From Thermoanaerobaculia bacterium (GTDB lineage Bacteria > Acidobacteriota > Thermoanaerobaculia > Gp7-AA8): a stretch of 64,000 nucleotides of DNA. The DNA is taken from assembly GCA_034664845.1 (NCBI GenBank), contig JAXDGW010000027.1, forward strand, positions 65,687 through 129,686, read 5' to 3'. The stretch's first letter is position 1, and the number at the start of each line of letters is the position of its first letter. This document shows, in pieces, positions 28,565-38,384 of the stretch. Below the pieces are notes generated by a model. It had not been told where the DNA came from, ran no database searches, and saw nothing but the letters and a program-made list of their open reading frames with translations. The position numbers were made by a program, and so were the translations under genes.

Positions 28565-29470
28565 CTACGGCCTCGCTCCAGGAATGCCTTCGATTCGAAA
28601 GATCACCGCCGTCGATGGATTGGAGCGCCCGTTCGTAATACTGACCTGGCGCGGTTTTACTTCAACGGTGTGCGCCCGTTTTCCGATCGCCGCTCCTGAC
28701 TCGACCTCGCTGAAGTGATCGTCAGGAAACTCGAGCAGGGCCGTGGTTTTCGAGCCCTCTTTCTTCGGAGTGACCGTTCCGCGCAGGGCGATACTCGAAA
28801 TGTCGTCGCACTCAGTACTCTGGCACTGCAGTTCCGGCGTCCGCTCGGGCTTTACAGGCAAATCGAATCCACTAAGGAGCCCGAGCCGGATCACGTTGCC
28901 GTGCTCCTCAAACTCGTAGCCGTTGGCAGCGAGCAGCAGTTGAAGAAGTTTACGCGGCGAGACATCGGCCGCCTGCACAGTGACGTACCCCCGGAGCGGC
29001 AGGCCGTGCAGATCGAGTTTCATTGCAAGCAGCTTCTCGACAAGGATCGTTACGACGTCCTTCAGGCTGGCATTGACTACATTGAGTGCCATCGGCAGTT
29101 CGTCCTTCGGCGCCTGAACGAGCGCGAGCCTCGGGTCCATCAGTTGCTCGCCGTTGCGTCCGACGAGGAGAAAGGTATCCGCCACCCGATACGTGAGTTT
29201 ATTGGAAGCGACGATGCGGCTGATGATAGCGTCCCAGCGGTCGGAGAAGTCGCCAGTGATGCGAGGGCGCTGATTCGCGGCCATGACGAAGTTCAATCCC
29301 GTTTTCGAGCTGATCACATGGAGCGCCGCACTGACTTCGGCGTCCCGGAAATGCATTTCGTACGGCTCCCCGCTAAACGTCTCCGCGCCGTGAAGCCATG
29401 CGCCAACGAACGAGATAGCGAAAAAGAACACAACGCGATACTGGCTGCAGGTCAGTTTGCGCATCGTCAT
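28565..29470 (-). CDS. Secreted protein with two secretin/TonB N-terminal-like (STN-like) domains
   Basis: Signal peptide. Repeated motifs VSAALHVISSKTGLNFVMAAN and LKDVVTILVEKLL...YVTVQAADVSPRKLLQLLLAANGYEFEE. Confidence 0.4.
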   Translation of the reverse strand: MTMRKLTCSQYRVVFFFAISFVGAWLHGAETFSGEPYEMHFRDAEVSAALHVISSKTGLNFVMAANQRPRITGDFSDRWDAIISRIVASNKLTYRVADTFLLVGRNGEQLMDPRLALVQAPKDELPMALNVVNASLKDVVTILVEKLLAMKLDLHGLPLRGYVTVQAADVSPRKLLQLLLAANGYEFEEHGNVIRLGLLSGFDLPVKPERTPELQCQSTECDDISSIALRGTVTPKKEGSKTTALLEFPDDHFSEVESGAAIGKRAHTVEVKPRQVSITNGRSNPSTAVIFRIEGIPGARP

Positions 29471-29551
29471 AGCGTATCAATAACTCCGCGTTACGTCATG
29501 AAGTGCCATCCGCTGATACATTTTCCGCTGCCGCGATACGATTGAGACCCA

Positions 29552-30064
29552 ATGATGCATAAAGTCCTCGTAAGCGCCTGCCTGCTCGGCGAGCCGGTCC
29601 GCCATAACGGCGCGCACAAGCGTTCCAATGATCAGATCCTGCGGCGCTGGATTCAGGAGGGACGCGTCGTCGCCGTTTGTCCGGAGATCGCCGGCGGCCT
29701 GCCCGTGCCACGTCCCGCCGCGGAAATCGCAGGCGGCGCGGATGGCGCGAACGTGTTGGCGGGCGATGCCAAAGTGATCGACGTCAATGGCTGCGATGTA
29801 TCGCATCATTTTGTGAGCGGCGCCAATATCGCGCTTCAAACCGCCCGCGCTCACGGCATCCGCATCGCAATTCTCAAAGAAGGAAGCCCCTCGTGCGGCA
29901 GCAGCTTCACTTACGACGGCACCTTCACCTCCACAAGAGCTCCTCACAATCAGGGCGTGACTGCCGCACTGCTCCAACAGGAAGGCATCGCGGTTTTCAG
30001 CGAAGCGCAACTGGCGGAGGCGGAGAGTTGTCTCAAGAAGTTGGAGGATAGAGAATTACAGTGA
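29552..30064 (+). CDS. DUF523 family protein
   Basis: N-terminal KVLVSACLLGEPVRHNG is characteristic of DUF523. Confidence 0.65.
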   Translation: MMHKVLVSACLLGEPVRHNGAHKRSNDQILRRWIQEGRVVAVCPEIAGGLPVPRPAAEIAGGADGANVLAGDAKVIDVNGCDVSHHFVSGANIALQTARAHGIRIAILKEGSPSCGSSFTYDGTFTSTRAPHNQGVTAALLQQEGIAVFSEAQLAEAESCLKKLEDRELQ

Positions 30065-30223
30065 CCGGTAGCGGATCGCGGTGCTCGACGCGCTCGTTTC
30101 CGCGGCGGTGGTCGATTGCGGCGGCGCAGCTTCCTTCCGCGCGCATCCGGCCAGCATCAACGACACGAGGGCGATTCCAAAGGCAAACCGAGGCACCCGT
30201 GGTCTCCTTGTCGTGGATTGTAT

Positions 30224-31867
30224 CTACTCGATCCGCTTCCCAGGATGATCGCCGTTCTGGTGCAGGATCAATCTCGTGGCGCGGCCCTGGGCGTCCGTTT
30301 CGAATGTGAGCTGCGCGTCGACGACTTTGTAGAAAAAGTTGTGATCGTCTTCCGCGAAGAGCTCGAACCGCGGCTGCGCAGTGGCCTGCGCGTACAGATG
30401 GCTACCTTCGCGCGTGACGGCGATGATGAACGTTGGCGCAAATTCGTAGCGGCCCACGTAGCGGTCGTAGATCGCAGGATCGATGGCGACCTCTTTCCTC
30501 TCTTTCGGAAGGGGAGCGTCGGCGGCGAGGCGCTTTGCAGGCCGGTCGGCGCCATTTTGATGAAGGATCAGTTGGTCCTTCTCGAAGGTGATCCGCGCGT
30601 CGAGTCCTCTTGTGCGGAAGTTTTTCTCATCGTCGGCAGCCAGCTCGAACTTCTGCTGTCCGGTCGCTTGCGCGAAAAGGCGATCGCCGTTGTGCGTGAT
30701 GGTGAGGATGAAGTTCGGCGTGAGCGCGTAGCGTCCGACGTAGCTCTCGAGAATCTTCGGATCGACGGTTACGGCCGGAGTTTGCGCAGCCTTCGGAACC
30801 AGCGACGGATCGAGGAGCCCGCCCGCCAGGTCGTCCACGCTCGTCGAGATATTCGTGAGCACGACCACACCGACGCGTTTCTTCGGCTCGAAGCCGACGA
30901 ACGACCGGTAGCCGCCGGTGGCTCCGTTGTGCAAGACGACCTCATTTCCCGCCGGCGTGGTGAAGATATGCCAGCCGAGGGCGATGGAGAGATTGGGCGC
31001 GCCGGTGGGGCGGCGCGGCACGAGTTGCGCGGCCATCGCTGCGGCGAGCGGCGATTTCGTGTAGCCAAGCTCCGCGGCCAGGAACTCGAGCAGATCGTTT
31101 GCCGTCGATCGAATCGCGCCTGCTCCTGCCAGCGCGCCGAGGTCCCAGTTTGAAACGCGCGTGCCGCTGACGTCGTGACCGGGTGCCAGGCGCTGCTTGA
31201 GCGCGTCCGAGAGAGTAATCGTCGTGGACTTCATCCCTAACGGCGCGGTGATCCGAGTCCGAAGCAGCGTCTCGTAATCCATTCCGGCGCGGCGCGACAA
31301 GGCGTTGGCGAGCACACCGGCGCCGAGGTTGGAGTATTCGAACTTCGATCCGATGTCGCGCGGCAGTTGGTATCCGGAGAGGAACTCGTACAGCTCCTTC
31401 TCCGTGTAGGACGCATACGGATTTGCAGCGTCCGATACCGTTAGGTTCGTTGGCATCGGTGGCAACCCCGAGGTGTGCGTGGCCAGGTCGTGCAGCGTGA
31501 TCTTCTTACCGCCGCGCTCGGGCACTTTCACGTCAGGAGGCAGAAACTTGGCGACCGGATCCGTCAGCGCCACTTCGCCGCGCCTCACGGCCTCGGCAAG
31601 CAAAAGCGACGTGAAGACTTTCGTGACCGAGCCGATCTCGAACAGCGTGTCGCCGTTGAGCGGCCGTTTGTCACCCGCGTCGAGAACGCCGTCTGCGATC
31701 ACTCTGCGGCCGTCCGCATCGATGACGCCGACGACGATGCCGATGCTCGTCTGTCCTGCCAGACGTTCGTGAATCATCTTGCGGATCTCGGCGTCGGGCG
31801 GCGCGCCGGCGAACGCGCCCTGCGCGAGCAACAACACTCCGGCGGCAAGAGAAAGGACCCGTTTCAT
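30224..31867 (-). CDS. Beta-lactamase-family serine hydrolase with C-terminal duplicated extra domains
   Basis: Signal peptide. S-x-x-K motif FEIGSVTKVF; class-C-like YSN-like region. C-terminal repeated ~110-aa units. Confidence 0.65.
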   Translation of the reverse strand: MKRVLSLAAGVLLLAQGAFAGAPPDAEIRKMIHERLAGQTSIGIVVGVIDADGRRVIADGVLDAGDKRPLNGDTLFEIGSVTKVFTSLLLAEAVRRGEVALTDPVAKFLPPDVKVPERGGKKITLHDLATHTSGLPPMPTNLTVSDAANPYASYTEKELYEFLSGYQLPRDIGSKFEYSNLGAGVLANALSRRAGMDYETLLRTRITAPLGMKSTTITLSDALKQRLAPGHDVSGTRVSNWDLGALAGAGAIRSTANDLLEFLAAELGYTKSPLAAAMAAQLVPRRPTGAPNLSIALGWHIFTTPAGNEVVLHNGATGGYRSFVGFEPKKRVGVVVLTNISTSVDDLAGGLLDPSLVPKAAQTPAVTVDPKILESYVGRYALTPNFILTITHNGDRLFAQATGQQKFELAADDEKNFRTRGLDARITFEKDQLILHQNGADRPAKRLAADAPLPKERKEVAIDPAIYDRYVGRYEFAPTFIIAVTREGSHLYAQATAQPRFELFAEDDHNFFYKVVDAQLTFETDAQGRATRLILHQNGDHPGKRIE

Positions 31868-31971
31868 CAGGCGCTCCTTGGAAAACCGGACGTTGACAGT
31901 CATCGCGACGATCACGATAACAAACCGCGAGCAGCCCGCATCAATCGCCCGGAGGAGTGATGCGCGCTCGC

Positions 31972-32471
31972 GCTGTCATTTCGAATCGGCGGAACCGCGG
32001 GGGCGGCAGGGTGGTGGAGCGGTGGAGCACGATGAGAAATCCCCCGCCTCGGAGCGGTCCTCTCCACGTCCCGGTCATCTCCACATCGGCAGGGGATTCC
32101 TCGCCCCCCGCCGCCCCGCCCGCTCGGAGTGACAGCGATGGCGCGATCGCGCTGTCATTTCGAATCGGCGCAACCGCGGGCGGCAGGGTGGCGGAGCGGT
32201 GGAGCGCGATGAGAAATCCCCTGCCTCGGAGCGCTCGGAGTTCCTCTCCACATCGGCAGGGGATTCCTCGCCCCCCGCCGCCCCGCCCGCTCGGAATGAC
32301 AGCGATGGCGCGATCACGCTGTCATTTCGAATCGGCGCAACCGCGGGGGCGGCAGGGTGGTGGAGCGGTGGAGCGCGAGGAGAAATCCCCTGCCTCGGAG
32401 CGGTCGGAGTTCCTCTCCACATCGGCAGGGGATTCCTCGCCCCCGCCACTCCGCCCGCTCGGAATGACAGT
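31972..32471. repeat. Tandem array (3 copies, period ~167-179 bp) of a ~155-bp palindromic element with GCTGTCATTTCGAATCGG / CCGCTCGGAATGACAGC termini and inner GAAATCCCCTGCC / GGCAGGGGATTC hairpin
   Basis: Units read directly. A 13-bp linker gatggcgcgatc(a)c lies between units. The array sits in a divergent intergenic region. Confidence 0.8.
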
Positions 32472-32603
32472 GTGAATGACGGCCCAGCAACACGCGCTTC
32501 GCGTCACGCCGACGTGTGACACAATTCCGACCGAACGGTCCGTTCAATCAAACCACGTCTGCCGCACGCTCGCACCGCGTGGCGCGCATCGAGAGGAATC
32601 ACT

Positions 32604-34514
32604 ATGCCCATCACCAGAAGACGCGTCACCTTCGCGGATCATCTCCGCTACAACTTTGATAAGAGCATGGCGGCGGGACCGATCGCGCTGATCGGCTGGC
32701 TGGCGCTCGTATCGCTGGCCATGATCGTCGTCTTCTCGCTCGTTCTGGTGTTCTCCGGAATCGGTCCCGATCCCAAAGAGAAACTCTCGTTCGTCGAAGC
32801 GGCGTGGATGAGCCTCATGCGCACGCTCGACGCCGGAACGATGGGCGGCGATCAGGGCTGGTCCTTCCGCTTCGTCATGTTCCTCGTCACCCTCGGCGGC
32901 ATCTTCCTCGTCAGCAGTTTGATCGGCGTTCTGACCAGTGGCCTCGAGAGCAAGATGGACGAGCTCCGCAAAGGCCGCTCCTTCGTCATCGAGAAGAATC
33001 ACCAGGTGATCCTGGGCTGGTCGTCGAGCGTCTTCACGATCATCTCCGAGCTCGTCGTGGCAAACGAGAACCAGAAGAAGCCGCGCATCGTGGTGCTTGC
33101 CGAGAAGGACAAGGTGGAGATGGAGGAAGAGATCCGCTCCAAGGTCGGATCGACCAAGAACACCAAAGTCATCTGCCGCACCGGAAGTCCGATCGATCTC
33201 TACGACCTCGAGCTCGTGAATCCGCACGAATCGAAGTCGATCATCATCCTCTCGCCCGAGGCGGAGAACCCCGACTCACAGGTGATCAAGTCGATTCTCG
33301 CGCTGACCAACAACCCGGCCCGCCGCGCCGAGCCGTATCACATCGTCGCCGAGATCCGCGACGCCAAGAGCATGGAAGCAGCGCGGCTCGTCGGCCGCGA
33401 CGAAGCCACGCTGATCGAGGCCAACGACCTCATCGCCCGCATCACCGTGCAGACGTGCCGCCAGTCGGGCATGAGCGTCGTCTACACCGAGCTGCTCGAC
33501 TTCGACGGCGACGAAATGTACTTCCAGGAAGAGCCATCGCTCGTCGGCAAAACCTTCGGCGAGGCGCTGTTCGCGTACGAAGATTCGGCGGTGATGGGGA
33601 TGCAGTTCGCCAATGGTCACGTCAAGGCGAACCCGCCGATGGACACTGTGATCGCCGCCGGCGACAAGCTGATCGCCATCTCGGAAGACGACGACAAAGT
33701 GGTGGTCTCGGGGAAGACGGAATTCGGAGTGGATGTCTCCGCGATCCGCGAAGGAGTCGCGGTCGCTGCGTCGCCGGAGCGCACGCTCATCCTCGGCTGG
33801 AACCGCCGCGGCTGCGCCATCATCAATGAGCTCGACAACTACGTCGCGCCGGGATCGGAGATCATCGTCATCGCCGAAACCGACGGCCCGCAAACAGAGA
33901 TCACGCGATTCTGCGGCAACGCCAAAAACCAGCGCATCACGTTCCGCGAGGGCGACACTACCGATCGCGCCACGCTCGACAGCCTCGAGGTCACCGCGTT
34001 CTCCCACGTCATCGTGCTGGCCTATTCGGAAGCGCTCCCGCCACAGCAGGCCGATGCCAAGACGCTCATCACACTGCTCCACCTGCGCAACATCGAAGAG
34101 ACGACGGGCAAGCCGATCAGCATCGTCAGCGAGATGCTCGACGTCCGCAACCGCGAGCTGGCGGAAGTGACGCAGGCCGACGACTTCATCGTCAGCGACA
34201 AACTCATCAGCTTGTTGATGTCGCAGGTCTCTGAGAACAAGGCGCTGCACGCGCTCTTCGCGGACCTGTTCGACAGCGAAGGATCGGAGATTTACCTCAA
34301 GCCGGCCCGTAACTATGTCGCCCCCGGCTCGACCGTGAATTTCTACACGGTCGTCGAGGCCGCCCGCCGCCGCGGCGAGGTAGCCATCGGCTATCGCATC
34401 ATCGAGCACGCCCACAACGCCGGCGAACAGTACGGAATCACCGTCAATCCGTCGAAGAGCGAGACCGTGACGTTCTCCGCGGACGATCTCGTGATCGTGG
34501 TGGCCGAGGACTAA
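32604..34514 (+). CDS. Castor/Pollux-type ion channel with tandem RCK (TrkA-N) domains
   Basis: N-terminal TM helices plus a pore-like segment (TLDAGTMGGDQGW). Two RCK domains (HQVILGWSSSV..., TLILGWNRRG...). Confidence 0.6.
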   Translation: MPITRRRVTFADHLRYNFDKSMAAGPIALIGWLALVSLAMIVVFSLVLVFSGIGPDPKEKLSFVEAAWMSLMRTLDAGTMGGDQGWSFRFVMFLVTLGGIFLVSSLIGVLTSGLESKMDELRKGRSFVIEKNHQVILGWSSSVFTIISELVVANENQKKPRIVVLAEKDKVEMEEEIRSKVGSTKNTKVICRTGSPIDLYDLELVNPHESKSIIILSPEAENPDSQVIKSILALTNNPARRAEPYHIVAEIRDAKSMEAARLVGRDEATLIEANDLIARITVQTCRQSGMSVVYTELLDFDGDEMYFQEEPSLVGKTFGEALFAYEDSAVMGMQFANGHVKANPPMDTVIAAGDKLIAISEDDDKVVVSGKTEFGVDVSAIREGVAVAASPERTLILGWNRRGCAIINELDNYVAPGSEIIVIAETDGPQTEITRFCGNAKNQRITFREGDTTDRATLDSLEVTAFSHVIVLAYSEALPPQQADAKTLITLLHLRNIEETTGKPISIVSEMLDVRNRELAEVTQADDFIVSDKLISLLMSQVSENKALHALFADLFDSEGSEIYLKPARNYVAPGSTVNFYTVVEAARRRGEVAIGYRIIEHAHNAGEQYGITVNPSKSETVTFSADDLVIVVAED

Positions 34515-34524
34515 GTCCTCAGTA

Positions 34525-35040
34525 GCGCGCGAAGGCGCGCTCCACAATCCTAGCCCCGGGCTCGGCCCGGGGGACGGGATGTCACCAACCATGTCCGGCC
34601 GCGAAGGCGGCGGCTATAAAGGGCTGGTTCCGCAACGAGGCGCCGGTATCGCGCGGCCGCGTCCAATCCCGCCGGCAAATGTCATTCGGCGATCGGCGTT
34701 GTAGCGACCGCCTTCGCGGCCGCAAACATCCGGCGGCGCATTTTCATCCCCGGGCCGAGCCCGGGGCTAAGTTTGGGCAGCGCGCCTTCGCGCGCCCCGC
34801 GTGCGCGTCGAGAATCACGGGCCGAGCGCGGCCAAGCTTGTCCAGCGCGCCTTCGCGCGCACGGCGGGCGTTGCGAGAAACATCGATTCTTAGCGTATTG
34901 CTGACTGAAGCACGTGGGCACCAAGGGCGGAGGTGTTGCACGCGAAGGCGCGCTCCACAATCCTAGCCCCCGGGCTCCGCCCGCGGGACGGGATGTCGGC
35001 AACGAAACGCGGCCGCGAAGGCGGCCGCTATCAATCGCGC
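34525..35040. repeat. Cluster of GCGAAGGCGCGC-containing repeats: two ~95-bp direct copies flanking two shorter inverted copies
   Basis: gcgaaggcgcgctccacaatcctagccccgggctcggcccggggg at ~34530 and ~34941. Reverse-complement copies at ~34748-34797 and ~34818-34860. Confidence 0.65.
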
Positions 35041-35098
35041 CTAAGTCGTTTCGCCCCTCGGCATGCATCCCGCAGGTACGACATGAATCCCGAAGATC

Positions 35099-36541
35099 AT
35101 GCAAGGCCAAGCTGAGCGTCCGCTGTATTCGACAGAAGCGGATCCGCACTACGCGCAACAACTCGAGGCCATCAACGAGGTCGCGCGTATCGCCTCCCTC
35201 GATCTGGAGCTGCGCCCGATGTTGCAGCGCATCACCGACACACTGGCGCGCAGGTTCGGCTGGGAGTTCGTCGCGCTGGTGATGGTCGATGCGCGCAACG
35301 AGGCCTTCGTTTGTGAAGCCGTGACCAGCGCGGTTCGCACCGAGGTTCATGTCGGCTACAGCCGCCCGCTCGGGAGCGGCGTCGTCGGGACCGTGGCGTC
35401 GACGGAGTACGCAATTCTGCTCGACGACGTCAGCACCTATCCCGGCTTCGTCGAGACGATGCCGGGCACAAAGTCCGAGCTCTGCGTGCCCGTTTTCCAC
35501 GGCGGAAAACTCGTGGCCATCCTCAACCTGGAGAGCACACGCATCGGGGCGTTTCACGATCAGCTGCCACTGCTCATCACCGTCGCCGATCAAATCGCCG
35601 GAGCGGTCGCCAACGCCCGTCTGTTCGATGAAACACGGCAGCGCTCTCAGCTCATGGAGATGATGAGCGAGGTCTCGCGCACCGCGCTTGAGGCGAATGA
35701 TCTCAGCGAGCTTCTCGACCGCATCGTCCGCTATGTGCGCGAGCGTTTCCCGGTCGAGCGCGTGTCGATCACGCTGCGCAACATCAGCGCGCACGCCGGC
35801 GAGACGACGTCGCCGGCGCCGGCCGAGATCAGCATCCCGATCCGCTTTCGAGGAGAAGACCTCGGGCTGCTGGAGATCCACTGCGCCAACCCAGCTGTGC
35901 TCACGCCGGCGACCGAGCTCGCCTTCGAGACGCTGACGCATCAGGTTGCAGGAGCGATTCATCTCTCCGCGACCAAACGCGACCTCGAGCAGGCCAACGA
36001 GCATCTCGCCCGCGCCATCGAGACGCTTCATCACATCTCCACGACCGATCCGCTTACCGGCGCTGCCAACCGGCGCAACTTCGATGCGGTTCTCGATGTG
36101 GAATGGCGCCGCGCCGCCCGCGCCCGCTCTCCCCTCACCCTCATCATGATCGACATCGATGCCTTCAAGGCCTACAACGACGCGTACGGGCATCAGGCCG
36201 GCGACGACTGCCTGCGCCGCGTCGCGGAGTCACTGCAAGCGCGCTTTCATCGCGCCGGCGACCTGGTGACGCGCTACGGCGGCGAGGAGTTCGCCGTGCT
36301 CCTCTCCGGCGTCGCCAGCGATCACGCCAGCGACCTCGCGGAATCGCTTCGCGCGTCGGTCGAGCAGATGACGATCGAGCACCGAACATCCACGGCCTCC
36401 GACGTCGTCACGATCAGCGTCGGCGTCGCCACGATCGTCCCCGACGCGAGCGACGCTCCCGCCACTCTCCTCAAAGCTGCCGACCAGGCGCTTTACGCCG
36501 CCAAAGACGCCGGGCGGAATCGTGTGGCGGTGCACGGTTAG
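35099..36541 (+). CDS. GAF-GAF-GGDEF diguanylate cyclase
   Basis: Two GAF-like regions. GGDEF domain with RYGGEEFAVLL (GGEEF active site) and DAFKAYNDAYGHQAGDD. Confidence 0.8.
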   Translation: MQGQAERPLYSTEADPHYAQQLEAINEVARIASLDLELRPMLQRITDTLARRFGWEFVALVMVDARNEAFVCEAVTSAVRTEVHVGYSRPLGSGVVGTVASTEYAILLDDVSTYPGFVETMPGTKSELCVPVFHGGKLVAILNLESTRIGAFHDQLPLLITVADQIAGAVANARLFDETRQRSQLMEMMSEVSRTALEANDLSELLDRIVRYVRERFPVERVSITLRNISAHAGETTSPAPAEISIPIRFRGEDLGLLEIHCANPAVLTPATELAFETLTHQVAGAIHLSATKRDLEQANEHLARAIETLHHISTTDPLTGAANRRNFDAVLDVEWRRAARARSPLTLIMIDIDAFKAYNDAYGHQAGDDCLRRVAESLQARFHRAGDLVTRYGGEEFAVLLSGVASDHASDLAESLRASVEQMTIEHRTSTASDVVTISVGVATIVPDASDAPATLLKAADQALYAAKDAGRNRVAVHG

Positions 36542-36561
36542 GCTTCTGAAGAGGCCCGCTC

Positions 36562-36632
36562 ACCACAGAGACACTGAGATCACAGAGATCATCACTACAA
36601 CTCAGGACCTCTGCGTCTCTGTGGTTCACGAT
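36562..36632. terminator. Large hairpin (AACCACAGAGAC ... GTCTCTGTGGTT) between convergent genes; candidate bidirectional terminator / solo MITE-flank fragment
   Basis: 12-bp perfect stem read directly. The accacagagacactgag motif also flanks MITE copies 1 and 2. Confidence 0.4.
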
Positions 36633-36658
36633 TTTAGAAATACGGCTTAGGCGCGGAT

Positions 36659-37888
36659 CTAACGTTTTGCCCGCGCGAGGACCAAATCCCCCTTCCGCAC
36701 TCCCGGCTGGAGCGAAAACCCTTCGTTCAGCGTGAGATTGGCGCGATCGCTGATGGAGAAGACGAGCTTCGTGAACCCGGCGTCGATCCGCGCGCCGTTC
36801 GCTGCCGCGATGCGGCCCCACGGTCCCGTGACATCGAGCGACGGATAGGCGGTGCCGGCGTCTCCGAGGGGGACGACGGTGTACGGATCGAATCCGAATT
36901 GGGCGCCTTCCATCGGGATCTCGATCGTCGGTCCGTCGACGAGGAGCGCGCGGAACTTTGCGACCTTTTCTCTCTGCGCGCGATCGCGTTTCTCTTCTTC
37001 CGCGCGCAACGTGGCACCGTTGTACGCGGCTGCGCGGACGTCCGGATCGGATGGCGGCAACGGCTTCAGCGACTCGCGCAGTGTGTCGCCAAAGTCTGAG
37101 CCGATCTTGTACGTCTTTCGCCAGTTGGGATTGGCGACATCGAGTAGCAGCCCGTACGCCGGGCCGCTGCTGTAGGCAAACGAGCGAACGAACGAAGAGC
37201 CGCGATCGATGGCATCGAGACGCCGCGCCGTCGACAGCCGTGTCTCCTCGTCGCCAGTGCCGCGCAAGACAACGCCGGTGTACTCGGCCAGACCCTCATT
37301 GTTTTCGAGGCTGCGCTCATTGCTCGTTGCGCTCGGAAACAGCGCCCTCCGTTTGACCCGAAATGCCAGGGCGTCGGCAACCGCCTGCTTTCGATCGTCG
37401 CTGCGCAGAGCGGCGGCTAGTGCTCGCAACTCGAGGAGAAACCAAAAGCGGCCATCAAGCGAATCGAGATGCGCGTTGTCGTTTGCGCCGGCCGGAAATC
37501 CAACCTCGTCCTGAATGCGATGAAAGCACTCATGCAGCATCAGGCGCCGGCGCGGCACGGAGCGCTCCGCGATGGATCCCCACATCATCATCGTCCAATG
37601 CACACCGTTCCAATTCGTTGCTGTATTGGCGATGACGACTGACGGAGGAAGGGTCCCGACAAAAAGCGTCCCCTCCGCTTTCAACACGCCTTCCGCGTCG
37701 GCAACGTTCGCAACGGCATACCGCGTGGCCGGATCGACGAGCAACATCGGGCCATAAAGCGCTTTGCCCCAAAGCCGCCCGCCATCCTCCTCCGAGGCGA
37801 TGCGGGCGTCATCGAAGGCGCGGCGGGCGGCGTCGTGAGGAATCGGCGTGGAGATAGCGGCGGCAAGAGCGAGCGCAGCGAAGAACAT
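36659..37888 (-). CDS. Secreted protein with HExxH motif (putative zinc metallopeptidase-like)
   Basis: Signal peptide MFFAALALAAAIS. HECFH motif. Confidence 0.4.
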   Translation of the reverse strand: MFFAALALAAAISTPIPHDAARRAFDDARIASEEDGGRLWGKALYGPMLLVDPATRYAVANVADAEGVLKAEGTLFVGTLPPSVVIANTATNWNGVHWTMMMWGSIAERSVPRRRLMLHECFHRIQDEVGFPAGANDNAHLDSLDGRFWFLLELRALAAALRSDDRKQAVADALAFRVKRRALFPSATSNERSLENNEGLAEYTGVVLRGTGDEETRLSTARRLDAIDRGSSFVRSFAYSSGPAYGLLLDVANPNWRKTYKIGSDFGDTLRESLKPLPPSDPDVRAAAYNGATLRAEEEKRDRAQREKVAKFRALLVDGPTIEIPMEGAQFGFDPYTVVPLGDAGTAYPSLDVTGPWGRIAAANGARIDAGFTKLVFSISDRANLTLNEGFSLQPGVRKGDLVLARAKR

Positions 37889-37975
37889 CGCGAAATTGTA
37901 TGGTCCAGGGATGTGACGTGGACTGGCGTGGGAAGTTGCCGAATTGTCTCGAGCTAACCCGCCAGACCACGTCTC

Positions 37976-38384
37976 CTAAGCCGACCAGTCTTCGATCGAA
38001 AGGCTTGGGATACGACCCATATGATCCATGTTGGCCGTAACGAGGATGGCGTCATACACGATGGCGTGAGCTGCGATCGCCACGTCGAAATCTTCGATGC
38101 GCTGTCCCGTTCGCTCCAGAGCCGCCTTGATTTCACCAAACTTCTCGCTGACCGCGTCGGACCAATCGCAGCGCTTGAGCTCTGCGCGGAGAAGCTCAAA
38201 ACGACGGCGCAGATTTTTCGCGTCGCCTTGATTTCGGCAACCGTTCAATGCCGTAAGCGATCTCCGCCAGAACGGGCTGCGGAATACCAACCGCATCGCG
38301 CGATATCTGCGCAAGCCGGTCCACAACTCGCAAGTCTCCGCGCATCAGGGCGGAGGCGGCATTGGTGTCGAGCACGTACTTCAC
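37976..38384 (-). pseudogene. vapC: PIN-domain toxin, frameshifted (two overlapping ORFs)
   Basis: The N-terminal ORF MKYVLDTNAASALMRG... and the C-terminal ORF ...DFDVAIAAHAIVYDAILVTANMDHMGRIPSL lie in different frames. Removing one A from the A5 run in cgcgaaaaatctg restores a single ~135-aa VapC. Confidence 0.7.

Noticed and set aside
31972-32471. Possible CRISPR array
   Set aside because: Repeat units are ~155 bp with only 13-bp linkers and carry internal palindromes. This is not the 25-50-bp repeat/spacer architecture of CRISPR, and there are no cas genes nearby.
34682-36193. 503-aa ORF on the minus strand
   Set aside because: Antisense to the well-supported GAF-GGDEF gene and running through the intergenic repeat cluster. 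Arg/Ala/Gly-rich composition typical of spurious high-GC ORFs.
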